Positions 42,369 to 53,582 of a stretch of DNA of 64,000 nt are shown piece by piece. Position numbers and translations under genes: made by a program. This DNA comes from Barthelona sp. PCE (taxonomy: Eukaryota). The first letter of the stretch is position 1; every line of letters begins with the position of its first letter. Below the pieces are notes generated by a model, which was not told the origin of the DNA, made no database searches, and saw only the letters and a list, made by a program, of their open reading frames with translations. The stretch is from assembly GCA_040285745.1 (NCBI GenBank), contig JAUFOR010000004.1, positions 1,116,001 through 1,180,000 on the forward strand. Reading direction: 5' to 3'.

Positions 42369-42503
42369 ATAGCAGGTTTTGATCATTCCTGAGCAGTTGA
42401 GAGCATTTGATTTATAATAAACTGAGAATAGACGAATAAAAATCGTTTTGTTTTTCTGACCCTTTTCATTGTATCATTTCACACCGGCTATCTAGTAAAT
42501 AAG

Positions 42504-44210
42504 ATGGAGGCCAGAAAGCGAACATCGTCATTTGATGGTTTGCCTGCCAAACAGCAATTCACAAAGATAGATCAGAATTGGACTACAACTATACAGCACA
42601 GATATTCCACACTTCAAGCGCGGGTCATTGACCACTTGAGCAGGGTGTTACCAAGAGATAGTATTGCAAAAGCGGAAATTGAGAGTTACGATTCTATTTT
42701 TTCTAGAACCGATGTTGTCATGTATTCCATGGAATATGAGCTTCCGCTAAAGGACGTTAGCGTGTTCGTGCGGGATATTTACGATAATTACGTAGATATG
42801 TCGAAACCTGCATTGAAAACTGAACAGAAAGGGGATTTTTTAAGAACCACATTCATTAACAGAACTTTCACAACCAAGGGTCCAAACACAGAGCTTACTG
42901 AAGCGGAAATGAAAGCTAAGTTAGGTGATTGGGAGGAGTACGATGAATTTTTATGGCGTACTTATCGTAGTCGTGTTAAAATTTTGAATTTTAAGAAGAA
43001 ATGGTTACCTGCAGTTAGCTTAAACCGTGTAGGAGTGTTTAAGAAAGAAGTTTTTTCAACATTAACCGTTGATCATGTTTTTATTTTATGGCAACGTATT
43101 ATTTTTAGAAAATTAGTTCCATCACAGAAGATAAGTGCAACTAGTATTGTATTTAATTATTTAGGTAAGTTTTTAAAATTACTTCAACTTAAAATGATTG
43201 AATCCAATTATTTTGATTGTGATAAATCAAACAAGATCATTGATTTAGCTTTATTGAGCATGGAGATGAATATTTTTGCGATATCCCAGTTGTTTGATGA
43301 CGGAAATGGTAATTTAGATGGTATGATTTATGGTAGAGTTTTGAAGAGTGGTGTTTACTCAACATTACTTGAATTTTATAACCTTAATCAGTATCCAGAG
43401 CTGAAAAACTTTGCTTTTGTAGGGCTCAAGCGCTTTTACGAAGCTAAACATGGGTTGCTTTCGCAAAATGAACGGATTAAGTCTAGTAATTTCCAGGAGT
43501 TCTCTCTTGCACTAATTAACGATATTCAAACGGCACGTAAGGCACAGGATAGTCTGCAAAACACAACAAAAATGACCAAAAAGGCACTTACACTAAAAAA
43601 GATGGGTAGCTTGGTGAGTGAAGAGCAATCTAAGGATGATTTTAAGGGTTTACGTGTTTCTTTCAAAGCTCAGTTGCAGGAAAGCGAGTCAGTTGATGCA
43701 TTTAAGATGCTTGATGATGTTATAGAGCCGAAAAATCAACGAGAGTTTGACCGTGAACATATTTTTTCTCATTACGATCATAAGGTACGAACAAGATTGG
43801 AGAAGATGAAGTACAATAGACGTTATACCATTATTCAAGAAGAATTTGATAAAATACACAAAATTGGTGATGAACCCTTGTACGAAACACCGCCTTTATT
43901 AATTATTCCCAAAGAAATAAGGGAGGGGACTTTCTGGGGCGACTACCCACCAAGAGAAGGTATACCACCATCAAAGAGGAGATGTTCAGAGCCTAAAAGA
44001 ATAGCTGATCCAGAGTCGGTTGGAGGTATCATTCTTATTGATGACGTGGAAGAATACCCGTTTAAGAAGGCGCAACCAAAACCAAAAGCTGGTTTAAGTG
44101 TTTTAGCAAGTTTAAAACAGAAACAAATGAAGAAAAAGAAAGCTATGCAACTCTTAACATCGAAACAGAAACAGACTCGAGGTCTGGGCTTTCCTCTAAG
44201 TAAACGATAG
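42504..44210 (+). CDS. Hypothetical protein
   Basis: 568-aa ATG ORF with a basic C-terminus. No family recognised. Confidence 0.65.
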   Translation: MEARKRTSSFDGLPAKQQFTKIDQNWTTTIQHRYSTLQARVIDHLSRVLPRDSIAKAEIESYDSIFSRTDVVMYSMEYELPLKDVSVFVRDIYDNYVDMSKPALKTEQKGDFLRTTFINRTFTTKGPNTELTEAEMKAKLGDWEEYDEFLWRTYRSRVKILNFKKKWLPAVSLNRVGVFKKEVFSTLTVDHVFILWQRIIFRKLVPSQKISATSIVFNYLGKFLKLLQLKMIESNYFDCDKSNKIIDLALLSMEMNIFAISQLFDDGNGNLDGMIYGRVLKSGVYSTLLEFYNLNQYPELKNFAFVGLKRFYEAKHGLLSQNERIKSSNFQEFSLALINDIQTARKAQDSLQNTTKMTKKALTLKKMGSLVSEEQSKDDFKGLRVSFKAQLQESESVDAFKMLDDVIEPKNQREFDREHIFSHYDHKVRTRLEKMKYNRRYTIIQEEFDKIHKIGDEPLYETPPLLIIPKEIREGTFWGDYPPREGIPPSKRRCSEPKRIADPESVGGIILIDDVEEYPFKKAQPKPKAGLSVLASLKQKQMKKKKAMQLLTSKQKQTRGLGFPLSKR

Positions 44211-44401
44211 AATGGTAATTGTGATTTTATGTTGTGATTCTATTGATTTCTTCAGAAAATAATAAGATTTGATAAATAGAAGCTATTTTCACTACGTTCG
44301 TACTTTACTGAAAGAATAAAAGGCTGATTGGTTCAACAAAAGTAACTTTTCCTTGATATTCTGTTTTCACTCCTTTTCACACTAGTTTGACATTTTGAAG
44401 T

Positions 44402-46366
44402 ATGACTGCCGAGTTCATTCAGGAAAACCTTGTCGAAATTTTGCAGACAAGAGCCAAAACACTGGAAGATACAAACGCTGAGCTGTTTGAAGAAGTTCAA
44501 AAACTGAAGAATCAACTGCTTCAAGCCCAGATTCCAACGTTGTCTGGTGAATCTAAAACCAACAAGAAAGGAATTCAGGATAAAATTTTAAAACGATCCC
44601 GACAACAAACCATATTATTTACTGAAAACATTCGTCTGAAGCGTCGTATTGTTGACCTTGAGTTGAAACTCGCTGAAAAAGAAGGAAAATCTGTTGATGA
44701 AGTAGAAGTTGAGACACAACCTGAACTTGTTGTTGAGCCTGAAGCACCAATTGAAGATAAAGCATTGGAGCTCCCAGATGAACCATCTGTTGAAGGATCG
44801 ACCACGTCAGAGGCTGATCCATTGATTGTAATTCGCTTGAAATCAGAAATGGGCAAGATGAAGCATCAACTGACCAGACGTATCAAGGATCTTGAGCAGC
44901 AATTGATAGAAAAAGAGTCCATCATAATGGAGTTGAGAACGATTGAGGATGAGAAGATTGTTGAAATCCCAACAATGGATGAAGTCATGGAAGGAGTTAC
45001 AGAAAAAGCAACTTTACAAAATGAACTGGATATAGCAACTGAAAACAGTCATAATGTACAATCTAAATTGGTCTCATACATGCATGAGGTTGAAAAATTA
45101 AGCAACCAATTACGTTCAGCTTTACGTGTAAGTTCAATGATGGATGAACAACTTGAGAACAAAACTAAACAAATTTCTGAGCTCGAAAAACATATTGAGG
45201 AAGTTGAAAAGCGTTATAATGACTTGGATAGCACGTCTACTGAAACAATTCAGAGATTACGTGATCAGCTTTTATCGATCCAAAAAAACAACACCAGTCA
45301 ATCATCGAATTTGAAAACTAACATTAGTTCATTATCTCAGGAGATTGATCGCCTTGTTAGCGAGAACAGATCATTACGTCATTCACTTCAAATTAAGCAT
45401 TCTACTACAGAAAGTGCTGCTATTAAGATTTTAGAAGTACGTAACCAAACTTTACAAGAAGAGTTAAACGTATATAAGACACAGCGTTCCCGTATGGATG
45501 ATCGTATCCGTGAAGCTGATTTGGAAATGCACGATTTGCGTTTGAAGAATGAAAATTTGCAAAACGATAAACATTCTGGTGTACTTCAGAATTCATATTT
45601 GACTGCTCAGATTGAGGAGCTTCGTGGCCAGGTACGTACAAGCGAAGATGGCCAGGTGCTTCTGCGTAAGCGTATTGAAGAACATGTTAGTGAGATTAAA
45701 CGAGTTAAAAAGGAGTTAGCAGTTGAAATGACTCACGTTAAAAACCTTAACGAAACAATTTCTTCCATTAAGGAAGCCCATATTTCTGAGAAAGAAGGGT
45801 CAATTCAACAAATTCGAAAACTAAGGGATGAGAAAAAATCTTATCAAAAGAAGTACACTGTATTGCAAGATGAATTTAACAAGTGTGTTCCCAGAGTAGA
45901 ATTCTTCAGTGGTGATTTTATGAAGGCTATTGGTACTAAAACAGAAGACTTTGTTCGTCTTAGCTCCATTCAAACTCCTTCAGATCTTGTTATTTGCGCC
46001 AATGGACTCACTGCACGTGTTAATGCAGCTCTCGGTGCCCAACATGATCGAATTCGTTATTTAAACACTAAAATCACGGATTTATTAGATGTTATGCTTG
46101 CTATTCTTAACGATATTGTTTCATCACCTGAAGATATCAAGAACAAGGAGATGTATCACGGTTTATTGGTAAAACTCCAAGCTAATTCAACTCAGCCACT
46201 CATTCAAAGCGAACATCCAGGACCTTCAATAGATCCTACTTTTGCACCTAGTGTCGTTGATGCTATCCCCAGTACACCTATTTCAATGATTAAACGTACG
46301 GTTTTTGAAGCCACTGAAAGTAATCTTCGAGAATCTGAAAGACCAATCGAAGAAGAAGAATTGTAA
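44402..46366 (+). CDS. Long coiled-coil protein
   Basis: 654 aa with continuous heptad-like E/K/L/Q composition. Confidence 0.7.
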   Translation: MTAEFIQENLVEILQTRAKTLEDTNAELFEEVQKLKNQLLQAQIPTLSGESKTNKKGIQDKILKRSRQQTILFTENIRLKRRIVDLELKLAEKEGKSVDEVEVETQPELVVEPEAPIEDKALELPDEPSVEGSTTSEADPLIVIRLKSEMGKMKHQLTRRIKDLEQQLIEKESIIMELRTIEDEKIVEIPTMDEVMEGVTEKATLQNELDIATENSHNVQSKLVSYMHEVEKLSNQLRSALRVSSMMDEQLENKTKQISELEKHIEEVEKRYNDLDSTSTETIQRLRDQLLSIQKNNTSQSSNLKTNISSLSQEIDRLVSENRSLRHSLQIKHSTTESAAIKILEVRNQTLQEELNVYKTQRSRMDDRIREADLEMHDLRLKNENLQNDKHSGVLQNSYLTAQIEELRGQVRTSEDGQVLLRKRIEEHVSEIKRVKKELAVEMTHVKNLNETISSIKEAHISEKEGSIQQIRKLRDEKKSYQKKYTVLQDEFNKCVPRVEFFSGDFMKAIGTKTEDFVRLSSIQTPSDLVICANGLTARVNAALGAQHDRIRYLNTKITDLLDVMLAILNDIVSSPEDIKNKEMYHGLLVKLQANSTQPLIQSEHPGPSIDPTFAPSVVDAIPSTPISMIKRTVFEATESNLRESERPIEEEEL

Positions 46367-46380
46367 AAAGAATGTTTTTA

Positions 46381-49300
46381 TTACCAATGATCATTGGGAG
46401 TATTATCAGGAGCATAAAGTTTAGTAAACTTAGAAGAAGCAGTCATTGCAAACATAACACGTGTTGGATGCCAAATACAATGAGTTCGAACACTTTCAAA
46501 ATGGGGACTAATGGTGGTTAACAAAGAACCATCAGTATTGAAAGTGTATATCTGATCATCAAATGACATTATTCCTAGAGGACCACGGTTGTGAATCGCC
46601 ATATGTGTTAAACGTTTGCTTCTGTTACCAGGAAGTTGTTGTATCTGTTCAGATGTGAAGATAGTTTCAGTATCCGAATTGAGTCCTAGTTTAAAGACTG
46701 ATCCATCGTTAAGAGCGGTATATACATACGCAGGATCTTCTACTTGTTGACACAATGATACTACAGCTGAACCCTTTTTGGAACCATTATAAAGTCGCAT
46801 GACACGACCTTCCCGTAGATCTGTGAAAAGAATGGTACCTCGGGTTGTTCCGCAATAGACAATGTTCGGATCTGCTGTGTTCAGCTTGATAGTGGTAATT
46901 CCTTCTTTTGCAGCATGTTGTGCAACAGAAAATTGTCCAAGAGTCGTTTGACTATTTAGATCAAAAATTCTAAAATAATGACTGCGTTCTTCACAAACAG
47001 CAAATGTTCCATGCTCTTCGCAGAAATCACTAAGAGTTGGACGTCTTTGAACACTAGGGAACAAGGTAGACGAAGAGGAAAGATAATTATAGATTGGGTC
47101 ATCAAGCAAAGAACAGCTAAAAACATGACGGTGACCACCCAGAACGTGAGGGTTGTTGAAAATATCAAGAGTACCACCGCTACGCATGCAAAGCAACAAT
47201 CCGCTTGGGAAATTAGAGTTGCCATAAAACATTTTTTCAACATTTGTGACTGGAATCTTATTCTGTATGTTTCCCTCCATCCAATTCCAAACATCAACAG
47301 ATTTATACTGATTTAAGAACGTAAAATCACGATAAGGATGAAAGATAATATTTTTAGGTGGTTCATCTCCAATCATACCTATTAAATACAACTGTTGGTA
47401 ATGTGAAAATGTATCATAATCACGTTGAGTACTAATGAGCATACGTTTGTTTCGTTTAACAGTGAGCTGGTGTTGCATGTGTTTTGGATTCGTTTCATCA
47501 ATAGGACCACGATAGTATTTCTCGTTGGCTAAAGGTTGGAACACAAATTCTTCAATGGATGACTGTAATGATTGTGCTTCATGTGAAACATTGCTTGTGA
47601 AAGATCCGTTCTTGATATCGAGCTCAGCCATGGAATTGTTTAATGTTGTAAGACTGGATAGATCAGTGGCGCTTGACCAACTGCGTGGTAAACTCTGTTC
47701 ATTTTCAGGAACGCTGTACAAGTTATGATTAAGAACATCCTCACTAACAATTTTAAGAAACTCTTCAGCTGAATAACCACTCAACTTCTTGAATATAGCA
47801 TTTGCAGCCTTTCTCAACGGTGAGAAACTATCTTTGGTCATTGTGATCAGGAAAGACCAAATCTGTGCAGTAACTTTCGTTATCTCACTTGTATCATTAG
47901 CAATATCGTGATTATCGATGAAAAGATCGATTGCATAACGGAAACTGCTAAGAAAAGTAGTAATAACAGTCTGTAACGCACATAAAAACTCCTTACGTAC
48001 TTGGATAGAGCAATCATTGCAACATAAACAGATTACGTACACGTTCTTCAAACATGTAAGCTGGAATTCAGCCTCGCGGTTACTTGGAATGCCTTCAAAA
48101 CAACCTGAGAAAGTACGACTCCTTGTATTAAATTCATGACTACCTTGTGGAGAAACTGGAGAAATTGGGGATAAAAGAGGTGAAGTAAAACTCTGAAATG
48201 AAGCAGCTGAACCTCCACCAATGTGCTGACCAGCTGAAAACAATGACACTCGTGAAAAATTACGCACATATAAACACACTAAAGCACGTACTATAGGATT
48301 ACGATAAGAAAGAAAAGAAGCAAGGATGTCATTGACATCTAAATTCATGAGTTCAATCTTTGCTGCAGGAATTTCTGCTAGTGAAGCAAGTAACATAATA
48401 AGCCAAGAAACATACATATCGTAATCCTCGATAGACTGATTATACTTTGCGAGAAACTGCTGTTTCGTCATGCTATTGATGTGAGGGATGTTGTCTACAA
48501 CGGCTTTAATCAAAGAAAGAACATTTTGCACAAGGGCACAAGAAAAAATCCATCTATTGGAGTTGTTATTCGTATGTTTAACCATTTGTGAAAGAATAAC
48601 ACCTGCCTTGGCACGGTCTCTGAAAATCTGTGCACTACGAACATCACCACGTAGGAATAAAAGAAACGTACGATAGTTTTGTTGATTCATATTTGTAAGA
48701 CCACTAATACATGCAATAGGATCATATAAAGTGAAAAGTAACCACAGGTGAAGGATCAAATCACCACTTTCGTGATGAGACTGTAGCATCTTGACCAAAA
48801 ATTGAAAAAATCCAACAGAAACAACATCTTCAATGAAGTCACGCCCAATATCACAATATTTAACAAGTATTTTCAATGCACGTTTACGAAAATCAGTGCT
48901 CAGCATGATTTGAAGTAATAAAGGTAATTCAATTGGTGGAGCTCGTCGCTCAATTGAAGTTAACATACCAAATGATGTAGTACCTAATTTAGATGTCTCA
49001 TTCAACCAGTTTTCTAAATAAATCAGTTGATGATCCCAAAAAGGACATACTGGGTAAGTAATATTACCAGTCGAAAGTGAATCAATTCTTAAAAGGAATT
49101 GTTCAATTTCCCAATCAAATCTTAACCAAAGGTAATGATTAAACGTACAAGGTAAAACAGGGTAACTAACTGGTTTAAAACCAAAAACACGAAATATTCG
49201 TTCTGCTAAAAGAAAATGTCGAAACAAACTTGCCATTAATATATCTTGTCGAAATAGTTCATAAAATTGATCATATTCCAAAATATCCCATGCTATAGCA

Positions 49301-50346
49301 TCAGTAATGGCTGTAAGTAGCCAAAACAATTCACCAATAACAGATTTACGTACAGTAGGAGTGTGAGAAACATCTTGAATAAATTTGACTGCTAAAGCTT
49401 CAAGATTGGGAGGAATGAGCAAGAAATTGGAAATAGCAAACAATAAATAAAACTTAATAGGTGTGGTAAGAATAGCAGTAAAAGAATCATGAGGAAAACG
49501 AGCATCAAAAATTAAATGAAAATCTTCCGAACAAGCACCAAAAAAATAGAACTTCTTCTTTTGAACGTTACTACCATGATTTAATTGCAAATACTGTTGT
49601 TCATCTTCTTCATATTGCTTAATAACATTAATTAAATGAGCAGAGCCTGGACAGTCAAAAACAAAAACACAATTATTACATACTTTACGCAGTACATCAT
49701 TGAAAGGAAACTTAAAATACGTTTTTTTTCCACCAGTGGTGCTGTTTTTAAAAACATGAATTTGTCCATCATTGACAAGAGGTGGTACACCATGACCATT
49801 ATAATGAAATAATCCACGATGGTTCTGTGCACACCGTTTCAGATGTGAACATAAATAAAGCAAGTCATCACGAGAGGGATCACACTTATCCTTGAATTGA
49901 CACTTGTTCGATGCTCTAGTTTTGTATTGTGACTTTAAATTACTGGTAATGAGATCCATGGCCTCGATTGGGAGGTACTCATGAGGAAGAATCCATGAAT
50001 GAGATGAAGCAAAAAGTTTAAAAGATTGATCTGTACGTTTGCGTGTCTGTTTCTTGTTACGAAAATGGTTGAAACCAACACCTTCGCCTTTATCCATTCT
50101 CTCTAATTCCTCACGCTCAAACTCATCAAATTGCATACGTTCATAAGGATTCTCATTAAACTGTCCCATTCGAGACGGATGCCCTGGTGGAGGATCACCG
50201 ATGTTCAGGCACATGCACAAACTAATGGCACTTGTTCGTATTTTAGATTTTGGAAGTAAGGAATATTTCCTTGCTTTTACCATGTCTGTATGTGCATGAA
50301 ATTCTGTTTCTTCGTAAAAAAGAACTGGCTCATCACTTTTTAACAT
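46381..50346 (-). CDS. RPTOR: Raptor/Kog1 (TORC1 scaffold)
   Basis: CMCLNIGDPP, LFHYNGHGVP, VFDC, P.D.FTA.LTTPIK, GEL.WLLTAITDAIAW, LFRQDILMASLFRHFLLAERI, then HEAT and WD40 regions. Confidence 0.95.
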   Translation of the reverse strand: MLKSDEPVLFYEETEFHAHTDMVKARKYSLLPKSKIRTSAISLCMCLNIGDPPPGHPSRMGQFNENPYERMQFDEFEREELERMDKGEGVGFNHFRNKKQTRKRTDQSFKLFASSHSWILPHEYLPIEAMDLITSNLKSQYKTRASNKCQFKDKCDPSRDDLLYLCSHLKRCAQNHRGLFHYNGHGVPPLVNDGQIHVFKNSTTGGKKTYFKFPFNDVLRKVCNNCVFVFDCPGSAHLINVIKQYEEDEQQYLQLNHGSNVQKKKFYFFGACSEDFHLIFDARFPHDSFTAILTTPIKFYLLFAISNFLLIPPNLEALAVKFIQDVSHTPTVRKSVIGELFWLLTAITDAIAWDILEYDQFYELFRQDILMASLFRHFLLAERIFRVFGFKPVSYPVLPCTFNHYLWLRFDWEIEQFLLRIDSLSTGNITYPVCPFWDHQLIYLENWLNETSKLGTTSFGMLTSIERRAPPIELPLLLQIMLSTDFRKRALKILVKYCDIGRDFIEDVVSVGFFQFLVKMLQSHHESGDLILHLWLLFTLYDPIACISGLTNMNQQNYRTFLLFLRGDVRSAQIFRDRAKAGVILSQMVKHTNNNSNRWIFSCALVQNVLSLIKAVVDNIPHINSMTKQQFLAKYNQSIEDYDMYVSWLIMLLASLAEIPAAKIELMNLDVNDILASFLSYRNPIVRALVCLYVRNFSRVSLFSAGQHIGGGSAASFQSFTSPLLSPISPVSPQGSHEFNTRSRTFSGCFEGIPSNREAEFQLTCLKNVYVICLCCNDCSIQVRKEFLCALQTVITTFLSSFRYAIDLFIDNHDIANDTSEITKVTAQIWSFLITMTKDSFSPLRKAANAIFKKLSGYSAEEFLKIVSEDVLNHNLYSVPENEQSLPRSWSSATDLSSLTTLNNSMAELDIKNGSFTSNVSHEAQSLQSSIEEFVFQPLANEKYYRGPIDETNPKHMQHQLTVKRNKRMLISTQRDYDTFSHYQQLYLIGMIGDEPPKNIIFHPYRDFTFLNQYKSVDVWNWMEGNIQNKIPVTNVEKMFYGNSNFPSGLLLCMRSGGTLDIFNNPHVLGGHRHVFSCSLLDDPIYNYLSSSSTLFPSVQRRPTLSDFCEEHGTFAVCEERSHYFRIFDLNSQTTLGQFSVAQHAAKEGITTIKLNTADPNIVYCGTTRGTILFTDLREGRVMRLYNGSKKGSAVVSLCQQVEDPAYVYTALNDGSVFKLGLNSDTETIFTSEQIQQLPGNRSKRLTHMAIHNRGPLGIMSFDDQIYTFNTDGSLLTTISPHFESVRTHCIWHPTRVMFAMTASSKFTKLYAPDNTPNDHW

Positions 50347-50420
50347 CTTTCAAAAGTTGAAAGAAGCAAGAAGAGCAAAAACGACCTCAATAACTATTAA
50401 TTACTCAAATGTTCATTTTT

Positions 50421-51824
50421 TTATTCAATGTGTGTTGTTTCGAATACATAGGCTTGTGATATCAACGTGGAAATATCATTAATATCAATTCCCTTTAGTA
50501 AGTCTGGTAAGGTTTGAAAACAGGAAACTGCAAACTCTATACTATTAGATTTCATGAGATTCGCGTTTGGCACTTTGTCAGCAACCTCATCAGCATCAAA
50601 ACTTAATGTTACATGATGAGGAAAACGACGATTTCCATTTTCTAACAAATTTTCTTCACAAAATAATTTTTTAAAGCTTAATATAATTGTAATGATAACA
50701 AAAAGATGCAAATTCAACCATTTAGTTGTATCCTTAAATTGTGGACTGATTAATCTGCTAAAATAACAACCCCACAATTCAACAATCATTTTAATATTAA
50801 ATTCTCTTGCTAATAAACAGTTAAACCATCTGAATGAGTACATCAATGGGTCTAATCCCAGATTATTAAATAAATGATTGTGTAACTCAGGATCAATGAT
50901 TTCCAAATAGTGTTCAATAAAAGTCATTTGTTTCTTAATACCAGGATAACCTTCAGTGAAAAAATCTTGAATGGGATCAATAAAAGTAGTATATGAATGA
51001 TATATATCACTCTCTATATCAAACAAATAATCTAAAAATTGATGCATTGACAAGAGCGGTTGATTACAACTATCATCTAAAGAAATAGGTGTATTAATAC
51101 AATAAACACCATTATCACGGACTATAAGTGAAAGACACGTATCTATGTCATCAAAATACTCTTGCAAATAAACATACAAAAACGGACACAGCAATACATC
51201 CATACCTTGTACGTAACCACATGCAGGATGCCTGATAGACCATAGATAAAGTATACGTGTAAAAACAAGCTCAATAATGTTATATTCAGAACCCATATCA
51301 TTAGGTCTGTTAGTTAAAACAGGATGCTCTAATAATTCTGGGTCTATGTTAGAAATATTTATGGTACAATGAAACAATGGTATATTTGGTTGTGTTCTTG
51401 GCATATCCTTTGCAATTTGTTCAATAATACGTGTGAGAACAGTTGAGTTTCTTTTAATAGATGTAGTAAAATGATCATTAACCATTCTCCAATATTTGTT
51501 TCGTTTATGCCTTAATTGTGTGTTAAAATCTACACCTGGTGATATCAGACCCGTTGCTATGCGCCACAACGTAGGTATATGTTCAAAACAATTACCGTCA
51601 AATAGAATTTCAGAAATATCATCAAGAGAAAAATTCTCATCCTCGACAATCGATTTGATCCTTATCTTTCTTGACATCTCAGAACCTTTTCTTAGCTCCA
51701 TGGCACTTATTCCTGGGGAAGAAGGAGGTTTCATAATGCCATTTGAGATGCTGGAAACTGAAGATATTGAATCTGTAGAATTTGACCTTCCTCTATTAAA
51801 AAAACGTGATAAAAAGCCCGACAT
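50421..51824 (-). CDS. TBC-domain Rab GTPase-activating protein (Gyp1/TBC1D22-like)
   Basis: QIAKDMPRTQP (R finger), RILYLWSIRHPACGYVQGM (Q finger), FRWFNCLLAREF. Confidence 0.9.
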   Translation of the reverse strand: MSGFLSRFFNRGRSNSTDSISSVSSISNGIMKPPSSPGISAMELRKGSEMSRKIRIKSIVEDENFSLDDISEILFDGNCFEHIPTLWRIATGLISPGVDFNTQLRHKRNKYWRMVNDHFTTSIKRNSTVLTRIIEQIAKDMPRTQPNIPLFHCTINISNIDPELLEHPVLTNRPNDMGSEYNIIELVFTRILYLWSIRHPACGYVQGMDVLLCPFLYVYLQEYFDDIDTCLSLIVRDNGVYCINTPISLDDSCNQPLLSMHQFLDYLFDIESDIYHSYTTFIDPIQDFFTEGYPGIKKQMTFIEHYLEIIDPELHNHLFNNLGLDPLMYSFRWFNCLLAREFNIKMIVELWGCYFSRLISPQFKDTTKWLNLHLFVIITIILSFKKLFCEENLLENGNRRFPHHVTLSFDADEVADKVPNANLMKSNSIEFAVSCFQTLPDLLKGIDINDISTLISQAYVFETTHIE

Positions 51825-51909
51825 CTAACTATATGTCATAATAAAATCAACAGAATAGGTAATAAAATTGTTACTAGAAAAACTTCCTTTTCCACAATTT
51901 CAGACGAAA

Positions 51910-53554
51910 ATGTCAGCACGTCCTAAGATTGATCGTCGAAACGTAGAGGATAGTGAACGCTTCCAATTCTTCTTAAGTCATTTTGTTGTATGTAGCCAGC
52001 AGTTCTTTTTTTCAGTTGAATTTAACTTACTTTTAGCATCAGAACATCAAAGTTAACTCAAGTAGAACTGGTAACGAGAACATGCGGTTCTCAGATCTAT
52101 CATTACAAAACGGAAATATTTCATCACCCGATAAAAGTAACATTTTCAAGGACAGTAGTCCACAATATGCATTTACTATTGAGGGGGTCCCTTTCTTCCC
52201 AAAGTTAAGTAGCTCATTCAACACTGATACACAAATTTCAAGTAATTTTTCTGTTCGTCGCAGAGAATTAACCAAATTCGAGCCACAGTTGAACAAAGCA
52301 AACGATATGAACCTCAATTGGGATACATCAAATAAGGGACGTATTGATAGAAATAACAGAAGTTATAATCAACTTCGAGCTAATGAAGAGAAGTTTGGAA
52401 TCTCTTTAGAGTTTGATGAAACCAAATACACGTCAGGTATCAATCGTAATGATCCTCAATATGCTGAAAAATTACGTTATGCAAAGCATGAAGCACATAT
52501 TTTACAAGAAATGGAGCGTAGAAAGCATTCTAATGTTAATGAATCTCATTACTCAGATGTAATACCAGAAGTTAAGAGCACAAAGATGAGAGCAGAACGA
52601 TTATTTGTCGAACATCCTAAGCTTTTCAGCAAAACTGGTGTGAAAGATACTTTAGATTTACATGAATCGTTTAACCCTTCTTCTCCTTATCCTCCTTCTA
52701 CCCTTTCTTCAAGAAGATCACGTAGTAGTAGTATGCGTATTTCCAGTGCACGTGCACGCAGTCCACGTTCTAGACCTAATTCTGCAGCAAGCTTGAAGAA
52801 GAAAAGACCAAATTCTTCACGTGTTAGTTATGGAAGTAATAAGGAGACTCTAAAGGAGAAAACAGCAAAGATGATAAAGGAGAAGACGATGAAAACCTTT
52901 ATTAATGAGTGGAAAGATGCATCCAGCAATGGATTTAGGAGTAGACCGCGAACAACTTCTGTTTTATCAAATACAGATGAGAAGAGTTATGGATTTTTGA
53001 ATGTGCATCAGGAGTTCAAAGAATTATCAAGAAGAAAGAAGAATAGAGGAGAATCACCGTTGAGCAGACATGAAATGAAACCACCTATTCCACAAACACC
53101 TGAAAAGAGAGTAACAACTAGAATTCATAAACGTAAGAATGGTAGAAGATTAAATATGGATGAATTAGAGGGCATGCATAAAGATTCACATTCAGGTGGA
53201 GGAATTGATGATTTATTATTTTCAGCCTCTAAACGCAGTGAAGAATATAAGAATCAAATGGCACGTTTGAGTTTCTTAAGAAATGGTTTAGCTCATGAAT
53301 TATTGAAGACAATGAATGTTACACGTACTAATATTAATCAAATTAACATACCATATACATGTTCTGTAATTGGCAGTCAGGGTATAGTTTTAATTCCTCA
53401 AAATTCAGTTGTTCCTCAAAATACAGTTCCACATATGGCAAATACATTTATGCATCCGTTAGCTTATCTTATGATGATGAACCATAAAAATCAACCACCT
53501 CAGAAGAAGAGATACAATTTTGATAAAACTATCAGTTTTAATCCAAATAAATAA
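51910..53554 (+). CDS. Ataxin-2/Pbp1-like protein; two exons (51910-51987, 52037-53554)
   Basis: LsmAD signature FNTDTQIS..RELTKF..NQLRANEEKFGI..FDETKYT.I. Splicing a 49-nt intron adds an Lsm-like N-terminus in frame. Confidence 0.75.
51988..52036 (+). other. Spliceosomal intron (49 nt, phase 0)
   Basis: 5' GTATGT, branch-like TTTAAC, 3' CTTTTAG. Removal joins a 26-codon exon in frame to the downstream ORF. Confidence 0.75.
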
Positions 53555-53582
53555 TTAGTATCATGTTCAATAGTATTTATTG

